Virus record (IMG/VR): IMGVR_UViG_3300020057_000001
Span: 32,001-96,000 of that record
From: a virus
Length of the DNA: 64,000 nucleotides
Reading direction: 5' to 3' (one strand)
In this document: piece after piece, positions 28,802 to 36,353 of the stretch
How positions within the stretch are numbered: position 1 is the first letter of the stretch
Layout of the letters: each line of letters opens with the position of its first letter
The notes under the pieces: model-generated
What the model saw: only the letters and a program-made list of their open reading frames with translations
Database searches by the model: none
What the model was told of the DNA's origin: nothing
Position numbers and translations under genes: made by a program

Positions 28802-29140
28802 TCACTTGATCCTGTAGCTTCGCAAAACATTTTTATTATTTTTAGCGCGCGCGAGCTTCATGTGCTCTTGCGCTTCTTTGTTTTTTGCTATTGTGCCTTC
28901 GAGCGTGCTGGGTTGGTTGGCTTTGAGATGTCTTAGAGCTTGCTCAAAGCTCGCACATTCGACTACATCGTCAGCGCCCTGGTCAAACTGGTCATACGAA
29001 CCCCAGCGTTTAGTCGACCGGTCGTACACATCTACGTTGTGTTGACCGTCTTCTCGGTACACCTTTGCATTGTCGGCATAGTAAGTGTAAGCGCCATGGT
29101 CGGCGGCTTCTTTATTAAAGATATTTATCACGTCGGTCAT
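28802..29140 (-). CDS. Hypothetical protein ending NKNVLRSYRIK
   Basis: TAATG-coupled start. Confidence 0.55.
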   Translation of the reverse strand: MTDVINIFNKEAADHGAYTYYADNAKVYREDGQHNVDVYDRSTKRWGSYDQFDQGADDVVECASFEQALRHLKANQPSTLEGTIAKNKEAQEHMKLARAKNNKNVLRSYRIK

Positions 29141-29228
29141 TATTCTTTCCAATCAAAAGCGAACCACAAGAAAAATAAAATCCCAAAAAGCAAATAAAAG
29201 GTCAAATGTTCCACTGCGCGCTTCTTTC

Positions 29229-29465
29229 TTAGTACTCGGAGGGTTCGTGCCAGACTTTAGTTAGTTCTTCCGAGAACCGCCCGCTGGTAGCGTACTCGGG
29301 GTCTTGCAGTGTAATGTCGGGCGAGATGGTGCAGCCTAGCGCCCTCGCTTGATCAAGCGCATGGTTGACAGCAGAAGGCGCATAAGACATGCGACCGTCT
29401 GCGTACCTACGAGCCCAAAAACCCAACTCTTCAACTAAACGTCTTAGTGCGTCTTCATGTGTCAT
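29229..29465 (-). CDS. Hypothetical phage protein
   Basis: RYADGRMSYAPS motif; operonic overlap. Confidence 0.55.
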   Translation of the reverse strand: MTHEDALRRLVEELGFWARRYADGRMSYAPSAVNHALDQARALGCTISPDITLQDPEYATSGRFSEELTKVWHEPSEY

Positions 29466-29775
29466 GTAGCACCTTTACTTGATGTTCTGCTTGTTTAATC
29501 AACTCGTCCATAGCATCCGTTTGCCAAGTCATGTAAAACCGGAGTGTCCCAAACTTCTCTTTTACTTGAGACGCTTTTGGGCGCGCACCCTCCTCGTCCG
29601 CTGGTTCATCTGCTATTAAGCATTCAAGCTTTTCACTCAGTCGCCGAATGGCAGGTTCCCAAGCGTCCGGTACGTCAAAACCCCAACACATACAGGTGGA
29701 TCTTGCACTTGCTTGGCGGTCTGCGTAAAGCAGCGGGAAGTCTCTACAGAGAGCGTCGTCTAGTTCAGCCTTCAT
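29455..29775 (-). CDS. Conserved phage protein (QVKEKFG.LRFY family)
   Basis: QVKEKFGTLRFY motif. Confidence 0.7.
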   Translation of the reverse strand: MKAELDDALCRDFPLLYADRQASARSTCMCWGFDVPDAWEPAIRRLSEKLECLIADEPADEEGARPKASQVKEKFGTLRFYMTWQTDAMDELIKQAEHQVKVLHDT

Positions 29776-29803
29776 GTCCGTCCTCACTGTTTGGGTAGTC
29801 TGT

Positions 29804-30088
29804 CTATGGGAGGTTGGCGGCTTTTAAATCCCGCCTTGCCTTGGCAATACGCTCTTTTAGCACTTTACGGGTTTCGTCAGATGGGTCCTCGTTTAGCCAA
29901 CCTTCATTCTGTTCTTGAAAGCGCTTTAGCTCAGCTCGCTCTGTTTTGGTCAAAGCCATTCTCGAAGGTGCTTCTTGTGCTATTGCGAGAGCGCTCACAC
30001 GAGAAGGTTTTTTTACCTTCTTAGGCTTCTCTACTTCTTCTATTATCCCAGTTGCTCTATAAGTACCTAAACTAATTATCTTTGTCAT
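29804..30088 (-). CDS. Small basic protein starting MTKIISLGTYR
   Basis: AGGAG RBS; sigma28-like promoter upstream. Confidence 0.6.
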   Translation of the reverse strand: MTKIISLGTYRATGIIEEVEKPKKVKKPSRVSALAIAQEAPSRMALTKTERAELKRFQEQNEGWLNEDPSDETRKVLKERIAKARRDLKAANLP

Positions 30089-30121
30089 GCAATCTCCTGC
30101 TTGTTTCAAACTCTACCTATG

Positions 30122-30148
30122 GTTTCGGACGTGTCCGTTCAGACTTTA
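30122..30148 (-). promoter_or_regulatory. sigma28/FliA-like promoter
   Basis: Minus strand TAAAGTCT-N11-TCCGAAAC. Confidence 0.6.
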
Positions 30149-30162
30149 GCATTATTTTCAGT

Positions 30163-30501
30163 TTACTGAAAAAAAGCTAGCGGATGTGTCCATGAGTATT
30201 CCTGTGCCCATTCTCGTGGCGTTAACGGTCTAGTAGTCCAAGAGAGATTTGAAAACTGCGCACCAAGCAATTCTGGCAAGACTTGGGTGACCATCTGCGT
30301 GCGCTCGGTGCTGTGTTTGTGTGTGAATGCGGTGCTCACAATCGACAATTCGGCAAAGCCATCAGTCAGGCCGTTTGCGCTATGGATTACGATTTTTACA
30401 AGAGGGTCGCTCCAGTACGTAGACAACACCTTTCTAAGATGTTCTTCCAATTGACCTATTACCACTTCTGTTGCCGATACGTCGTTGAAAAGCTCAGTCA
30501 T
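30163..30501 (-). CDS. BolA/IbaG-like protein
   Basis: IVS.AF.......R.QMV...L and LTPREW motifs. Confidence 0.6.
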   Translation of the reverse strand: MTELFNDVSATEVVIGQLEEHLRKVLSTYWSDPLVKIVIHSANGLTDGFAELSIVSTAFTHKHSTERTQMVTQVLPELLGAQFSNLSWTTRPLTPREWAQEYSWTHPLAFFQ

Positions 30502-30706
30502 TCGACTCCCAGAGTTGTTCCATGCGCTCGGTTAATCTTACGACTTCCCGCGCAGTGTCCGTTCTAAATTCTGTAGAAAACCAGTTAGTAGGGGCTTCGT
30601 TCAAGAAGCGAAGCAGAGCCGCACGCTGCCGCGCCGTGTGTAGGTATTCCGAGGGTATGTATTCCGTCAAGATGCCTGATAAACTCGACGGGTAGTGATG
30701 CGTCAT
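30494..30706 (-). CDS. Hypothetical protein
   Basis: Operonic overlaps. Confidence 0.5.
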   Translation of the reverse strand: MTHHYPSSLSGILTEYIPSEYLHTARQRAALLRFLNEAPTNWFSTEFRTDTAREVVRLTERMEQLWESND

Positions 30707-31125
30707 TCTTTCTCCTTCATTAGGTAGTCTAGATAATCTTCTTGCCCTGCCGCAATATACGCTAGCGTCTCATAAGGAATTGATGCGTAAGCCTGTTCGT
30801 GCGACATGCCCTTCATGCGGTTTTTAATATAGTACGAAAGATAGGAACTGTAAAACTTAAGCCAGCCAATTTCTCGCACCTGCAAGCAGTGAACATTTTC
30901 GTGGGCGCGCACCTTGGGGTCAATCTCTACCTCAAAGAAAAACACGATAGGGTAAAGTACGAACCCGCTCGGTATTTTCTTACTGCTAGTGGGTAGATGT
31001 ACAAACACCGAGCACGCTTCTCCTTTTAGTGGAGGCAGAAATTTTAGCTCAACCATTGAAAGGTTAAGCCACAGTAACAACGCTATTAGTATCCACCGCT
31101 TCATAGTACTCCAAGTCCTTAACAA
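30703..31125 (-). CDS. DUF4157-like zincin with N-terminal hydrophobic segment
   Basis: AHENVHCLQ...G...FY..Y...AY..IPYE.LAY. Confidence 0.65.
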   Translation of the reverse strand: MLRTWSTMKRWILIALLLWLNLSMVELKFLPPLKGEACSVFVHLPTSSKKIPSGFVLYPIVFFFEVEIDPKVRAHENVHCLQVREIGWLKFYSSYLSYYIKNRMKGMSHEQAYASIPYETLAYIAAGQEDYLDYLMKEKE

Positions 31126-31433
31126 TATTCCGTGGAATCGTCTTCGTCCGTAGGGGTGGGTGCAAGAGGTTCAAAGAATTTTGCTGGGTTTGCCGTGCCG
31201 TGTACCTGTTTTAAGTTGGTGACGTCTAAGTTGATACCAAGCGGCACGCGGTCGCCTTTCATATTGCAGCACGCAATTCCCGTCACGTGTGCGCCCGAAG
31301 AAACCGATGTAGTTTTAAAAATTTTAAAGACTAAACGGCTACGTCCCATTTCATGAGTGGCGTAGAACACCTGGGTAGTTTTAGGGTTTTGGAGCTGTAT
31401 GCGGGCGTGTGTGAAACATTCTGTCAAGTTCAT
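31119..31433 (-). CDS. Hypothetical protein
   Basis: AGGAG RBS. Confidence 0.55.
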   Translation of the reverse strand: MNLTECFTHARIQLQNPKTTQVFYATHEMGRSRLVFKIFKTTSVSSGAHVTGIACCNMKGDRVPLGINLDVTNLKQVHGTANPAKFFEPLAPTPTDEDDSTEYC

Positions 31434-31468
31434 AAAAATCTCCTACGTGCGAACTAAGTCTACATTAG

Positions 31469-31494
31469 TTATCGGCAGGAATTTTCAAACTTGA
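31469..31494 (-). promoter_or_regulatory. sigma28/FliA-like promoter
   Basis: Minus strand TCAAGTTT-N10-GCCGATAA (perfect -10, spacer one base short). Confidence 0.65.
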
Positions 31495-31500
31495 GGAAAA

Positions 31501-31659
31501 TTATTTCTTTTCTTCTTTATTTCTGTACTTGAGAAAAGTCTCGTTTTGTTTCGCCCAGATAGCGTGGAAGGCTGTAAGTTCTAGCTCTTTTACGCGCTTG
31601 TCGAGTTCTTTAATAATTTCAAGCAGGTCTTTAACGGTAGGCTTGGCGGGCAACTTCAC
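31501..31659 (-). CDS. Small coiled-coil protein (52 aa, not in the ORF track)
   Basis: AAGGAG RBS, GTG start, MKLPAKPTVKDLLEIIKELDKRVKELE. Confidence 0.5.
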   Translation of the reverse strand: MKLPAKPTVKDLLEIIKELDKRVKELELTAFHAIWAKQNETFLKYRNKEEKK

Positions 31660-31714
31660 GATAACTCCTTAAGAAGATCAAGATGGACCTATATTGGGAA
31701 AGACTGGTAGGGAG

Positions 31715-32365
31715 CTAAAGCCATTTTTTGGCTTGCCCGATAGCCGGAAACTGTTCACAAAAAACGTGTTGTATAGCCAAAGCGATATCTCTGTGTTCTT
31801 TTTGCGTTGAGACATCGGTCCTAAGGTCGAGGTAGTGTATCCAGTTGCGGAGGTTGTTTGTCATGTAAAGAGTTGTAGAGGTACCTAAAGGAAGGAGAAA
31901 ACGCGCTTGCTCTTTAGCAATGTTTTTATCTAACGCCTCTTGGTAAAGCCTAGTGCTTAAGCTCTGAACTTGAATTTGCGCGTCCAGAAACCACGCAAGG
32001 TCTTCTTCGGACATATCATCTAAGGAGTTCTGACGGTTTTTCTTATCTTGCCTGCGGGCAGGGTAAGTCTCAAATTCAGTAACCGCTGCGTAGCGCTGCG
32101 AAAACTCTTGAAACGTTGCAGACCTATGCCGAAGAATTTGTGCAGCTATGGCGCGTGAAGTAGTGATCTCCACTGTCATGTAAGCGTGTTCAAAGACAGA
32201 CCAGTGGCTGTGCTCTATGCAGTAGTTCAAAAGTTTAGAGGCTGTTTCGTTGTTCATCTGGTTCGAGGGGTTAGACACGCGCGCCACGTAAGCTGAAAGC
32301 TGCTCTGCTGACATATGCTCTAGGTCACCCACGCCCTTGGTCACCGATACTAGTTTCACTTTCAA
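31715..32365 (-). CDS. thyX: FAD-dependent thymidylate synthase
   Basis: HWSVFEH, QILRHRSATFQEFSQRY ThyX motif, ARFLLP, Q.EHR. Confidence 0.95.
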   Translation of the reverse strand: MKVKLVSVTKGVGDLEHMSAEQLSAYVARVSNPSNQMNNETASKLLNYCIEHSHWSVFEHAYMTVEITTSRAIAAQILRHRSATFQEFSQRYAAVTEFETYPARRQDKKNRQNSLDDMSEEDLAWFLDAQIQVQSLSTRLYQEALDKNIAKEQARFLLPLGTSTTLYMTNNLRNWIHYLDLRTDVSTQKEHRDIALAIQHVFCEQFPAIGQAKKWL

Positions 32366-32374
32366 AATATGATC

Positions 32375-33865
32375 TCATTTCTTGCTTTGTTTGGGGAGCG
32401 TGTCCGGCTTTTTAACGTCTTTCAATTCGTTTATTGTTTCATGGTCAGCGTTCTCTAGCGCATTGTTAAACTCGTCGGTCTCATTCTTCGGATCGTAGCT
32501 GTAGTGCCCGATTTTTGAAATATTTACACCGTGGTGATTATTTAAGTGATCGATCACATCATTTGCAGCAGCCCTGTGGGTGCCTGTGACAAGAGACCCA
32601 TTCCCCATCTCACCATCGATCATGAAAGGCGGGATTTTGTTTTCACCTTTTATTTGAGACACGACCATTTGATGCACGTGCGGCCAATCGTGCACGACGT
32701 GGATCGGGTTGAAGTTTTGCGGATAATAAGGTTTCTGTGAGAATTTAGCAATAGTCTGTTTTAAAGCATGCGGTAAGTTGTTTGATTTTATGAGAGGGTT
32801 CTTCGGCGGTTTTGGAATTGCAATCTTTTTGGGAGCTTCAAAATCTGTTCCCGAACTCGATTCATCACGGGGATGCCCAACTTCGATATCTTTGCTGCTC
32901 ACTTTGAAGTGTGCCTCGGGGTGTGCGACGACGATTTCTTCTTCACTTGAATGGACTGGGTTGTGCCCTGGATAAAGTGAATGGCCGCCGGTGTGCAGCA
33001 CGTCTCTTAAGGGGACGTCCTTTTTCATGATGAGGTGGTGAGGGTGATCTTCTGAATCGTGCTCCCCCCGCCCTGTAGCGAAACGCGTAGCCATGTCACG
33101 ACTAAGAGACCAAGAGGACATGTGAGCCGAAGGGATTGTTACGGTTTTGTGGCGGTCCACTTTTGAAGCCTTCCCTACAGTGTAGGGGGACATACCGCCT
33201 TCGAGGTATTTTTCCTCGTCATGGTCTGTTACACCTAGTGAATCTTTCACCCGCTTTGCATAGCTTCCACCCACACCTCTATAGACCGTGATGTGCGGCT
33301 CGCCGTTAATCATTTTCTTGTTAATGTGGCTGTCGTTCATAATCGCTTTCTGTGAAGCAATCATGTGGTTAACGAGGTGAGGGGTTTGGTGCTTATGCTC
33401 GTCTGAGTGGCCCTTGTCACCTCTATGCGTTTCAATGTGTTCAGGCTCCCCCGTGTACATCGCTTTAATAGCCGCAAAATGGCTGGGCTCCACTTTTCTC
33501 TCGTATGAGTTCCAGAAGTCCCCAGATTGCTGCTCACCTTCCTCGGCGCCTCCACCTTGGTAGTTGGGGTGCGCTAAGATGGCTCCTGTGGAAAATTGCT
33601 CGTCAGGCGCGTGGCTCCATGCGTGTCTGAGTTGCTCTCTTGAGAGGTCCGGGTGTAGGTTGCCCGCTAAATTGTACAGTACATCCGATATTTGATCTTT
33701 GGGCGCGTGCTTCAGGTATTTTTCAACGTGACTTGGGGGAATAGGGTGTTCTTGTGCAGCAAGCATTTGAAAACCGCTGTGGTGTCTCAGTTTGTGTGCC
33801 ACTGCGATGGCTTTGTCCCAGTCCTGTGTCTGGGCGTAATGGTCTAAAAGTTGGTAGTCGTTCAT
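32375..33865 (-). CDS. Polyvalent protein: ADP-ribosyltransferase-like (R-S-E) domain plus ParB/Srx-like C-terminal domain
   Basis: VYRG, SSWS...A.RFA, EEEIVV; IPPFMID....LVTGTHRAAA. Confidence 0.6.
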   Translation of the reverse strand: MNDYQLLDHYAQTQDWDKAIAVAHKLRHHSGFQMLAAQEHPIPPSHVEKYLKHAPKDQISDVLYNLAGNLHPDLSREQLRHAWSHAPDEQFSTGAILAHPNYQGGGAEEGEQQSGDFWNSYERKVEPSHFAAIKAMYTGEPEHIETHRGDKGHSDEHKHQTPHLVNHMIASQKAIMNDSHINKKMINGEPHITVYRGVGGSYAKRVKDSLGVTDHDEEKYLEGGMSPYTVGKASKVDRHKTVTIPSAHMSSWSLSRDMATRFATGRGEHDSEDHPHHLIMKKDVPLRDVLHTGGHSLYPGHNPVHSSEEEIVVAHPEAHFKVSSKDIEVGHPRDESSSGTDFEAPKKIAIPKPPKNPLIKSNNLPHALKQTIAKFSQKPYYPQNFNPIHVVHDWPHVHQMVVSQIKGENKIPPFMIDGEMGNGSLVTGTHRAAANDVIDHLNNHHGVNISKIGHYSYDPKNETDEFNNALENADHETINELKDVKKPDTLPKQSKK

Positions 33866-36267
33866 TTGGCACCCCTGCGCCCAATCGCATGCGCAACTTC
33901 CCGAGCTTCATCCCAGTCCACGGTCACTTCGTTGTCTGATTTTTTTAGAGAAGGCCCCTTTTGCCTAAACTGCCTAAACTTCCAGAGGTGTTCGGCATCG
34001 TGGCTCGTAGAACCTGCCTCTAATGGAACTCTGAAATGTTCCTCTGCATAGTCGTACATTGCCGACGCAACCCCTTTACGCTGGTGCTGAGGAAACACCT
34101 CTGTCTCGTAAGACATAATGTGGTCGGTGGGCTTTTTAGAAAAAATAGGCACGCCCTCTGCGTCTTCGTTATTGTCCCAATCATGGTAACCTATGCTTGC
34201 AAATCCCGCATGGTTTCCTTGCTTATCGTGGGCATTAACGTAGATGCCGCCGTGTGGGGAAGTTGTGTGAGAGAGCGTGTAACCCTCTTTTTGCCAATCC
34301 CCATTTTCACCTTTGCCCAAAGCAGCGACCCCCACTTGCCCAGCACTCTTTTTTATCTCTGGCTGCGGTTCTAGCAGCGCATTCTTTTCAGGAAGTTGTG
34401 TAGTTTGGTGTGCGGTTTTCAACGAGCGTAGCACTGACGCGTATTTTGCAGCGGCATGCAAGACACTCGTCTCGTTTCCAAACTCTAGCTTAGCCATTGA
34501 GGAGTTTCTAGCAACACCTCCAACGCCCTTTTGCGAACTGTGGTCCGAGTGTCTGATTTTTGGATGGTCAAATGGGAAACGTATGTATCTTGAATTCGTT
34601 GTCTCTGCCTTTTCTTCCCCGTGAGGAATACCTGAATCTTTGAGTTGACTTAAAAAGGCGTCGCATTGCAGGCTGCGTGTCTTCTGAGACGCAATCGCAA
34701 AACCTTGTTTTTCAAATTCGTCAGGTTGGAGCCCTTGGATGTACGCATGAGCGGAAGGAAGATCAGGAAAGCTTTCGGTGACCCCCTTTTTATTAGAAAC
34801 TTTCACGGGTTTGTTTACGTGCTCCTCGAGCCAAATACTACGGGAGACGCCCAAAGGACGGTCCGCCGGTGTGAGCGGAACGTGAGTAATATGCAAAGGC
34901 TTACCCAAAAGTGCGTCTTTTTTGTGCGGGTGGCTGTTCCTCACGGAATAGTAATTTGACATTGCGCGAAGTTTTTGCAAGCCCGTGCCTGCTTTGTTCA
35001 AATCTTTCGCCCAAACAATCGGAGGTTTTAGTGGGTCGCCCTGCACAACTTTTCGCGTTTTCCCGTCCATCGTAGGCTCTGGTAAATCTTTCGCATTTAA
35101 TTTAGACCAAACCCGTTTCGCTGCGTTTGACGTTTTGCCGGTATCTGACGCAAGGCCGCCGTAATGATCTGCTAACTTTTGATAAACTTTTTGTCCTAGA
35201 CCCTTACCCCTGTGAGGCTTGTCTATGAAGGAATGAGACATATGCATCCCATCGTGGCTTTTGTCGTGAAATTCCGAGTGGTCGACTAAAAATTTCCCAA
35301 CCGTTTTGTTTTCGTGATGTAATTCCCAGTAGTGTCTTTTGGAAGTCCCCCGCTCTCCTGGTTCAGTCCAGTTTCTGTGATGGAGTGTATACCCGTTCCC
35401 AATTTCATGCATCGTGAGCCCTTGAGCGTCTTCAGCTTTGTTGAGCTTCTCGCCGTTCATTTTGGGAAACATTTTCAGTATCAGATTGTGTTTTGCAGCG
35501 ACGTGAAGGTTTTCTAGGATTTCTTTCGGTAAACGCGCATTCACACTAAACCACTTAAAGCCTAGAGCTTCCTTGTCAGGGTCGTTTTCGTTTGTTATTT
35601 TTTGCGGGACTTTCTCTAGTTCAACTAAAAACGCCTTGACCACTTTGCCGTTAGGTGTTTTGCACCTCAATTTAGCGTCTGTAATTTCAGCTAAGTCTTG
35701 TATGCCTGTCTCTTCCCTAAATTCCCTTATTGCGCCTTTTTCAAAATCTTCGCCGTTTTCGACGTGTCCGCCAGGAAAGGTCCACTTTTTATTGTCGTTT
35801 CTTTTCATCATGAGAAGCTTATTATCCGCTTTCACTGCAAGACACGCCACGCGGTTACTTTCCGATTTCCACAGGCGGGTAGACTTCTTGACAGGCTCCG
35901 TCGAGTAATCCTCAATTTCGCTTTGATGGACACGTTCAGGGTGACCGCCTAAAGTGTAGAAATTACCGCCGCCTTCTTGGAGACTTTTTCCATTGTCTAC
36001 GATTTGAAGCACTGGATACCACAAGCCCTTGTACTTCGCTGTGTGCCCTTTGGGAGCCTTGTTTGCATTTGCTTTAGCTCGTGCAATTGCGTCTGCAAGG
36101 CTTTTTGCAAGTGCCGGATAAGACTTTGTTAACTGCGTGGCAGTGCTCATTGCGCTTTTTGCGAGACGGCTATCGCCGAGCTTAAGAGCCTCCTCTGCAA
36201 TTTTGAGGGCTTCGCTAAAAGCTTTTAAAGCGTTTTGTTGAATTTGGGTAAGTGGTTGTTTTTGCAT
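33862..36267 (-). CDS. Polyvalent protein: Nudix hydrolase plus two GNAT acetyltransferase domains
   Basis: Nudix box PGGHVENGEDFEKGAIREFREETG; GNAT motifs HRGKGLGQKVY and HQRKGVASAMY; GAGGGG RBS before MQKQP. Confidence 0.8.
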   Translation of the reverse strand: MQKQPLTQIQQNALKAFSEALKIAEEALKLGDSRLAKSAMSTATQLTKSYPALAKSLADAIARAKANANKAPKGHTAKYKGLWYPVLQIVDNGKSLQEGGGNFYTLGGHPERVHQSEIEDYSTEPVKKSTRLWKSESNRVACLAVKADNKLLMMKRNDNKKWTFPGGHVENGEDFEKGAIREFREETGIQDLAEITDAKLRCKTPNGKVVKAFLVELEKVPQKITNENDPDKEALGFKWFSVNARLPKEILENLHVAAKHNLILKMFPKMNGEKLNKAEDAQGLTMHEIGNGYTLHHRNWTEPGERGTSKRHYWELHHENKTVGKFLVDHSEFHDKSHDGMHMSHSFIDKPHRGKGLGQKVYQKLADHYGGLASDTGKTSNAAKRVWSKLNAKDLPEPTMDGKTRKVVQGDPLKPPIVWAKDLNKAGTGLQKLRAMSNYYSVRNSHPHKKDALLGKPLHITHVPLTPADRPLGVSRSIWLEEHVNKPVKVSNKKGVTESFPDLPSAHAYIQGLQPDEFEKQGFAIASQKTRSLQCDAFLSQLKDSGIPHGEEKAETTNSRYIRFPFDHPKIRHSDHSSQKGVGGVARNSSMAKLEFGNETSVLHAAAKYASVLRSLKTAHQTTQLPEKNALLEPQPEIKKSAGQVGVAALGKGENGDWQKEGYTLSHTTSPHGGIYVNAHDKQGNHAGFASIGYHDWDNNEDAEGVPIFSKKPTDHIMSYETEVFPQHQRKGVASAMYDYAEEHFRVPLEAGSTSHDAEHLWKFRQFRQKGPSLKKSDNEVTVDWDEAREVAHAIGRRGAK

Positions 36268-36353
36268 AGGCCCCTCAAAAAGGTGTATAATCAACATTTT
36301 ATCGCAACAGGTCGTAAAATACAACTGACAAACTAAGCTTGAGGGGCAAAACA

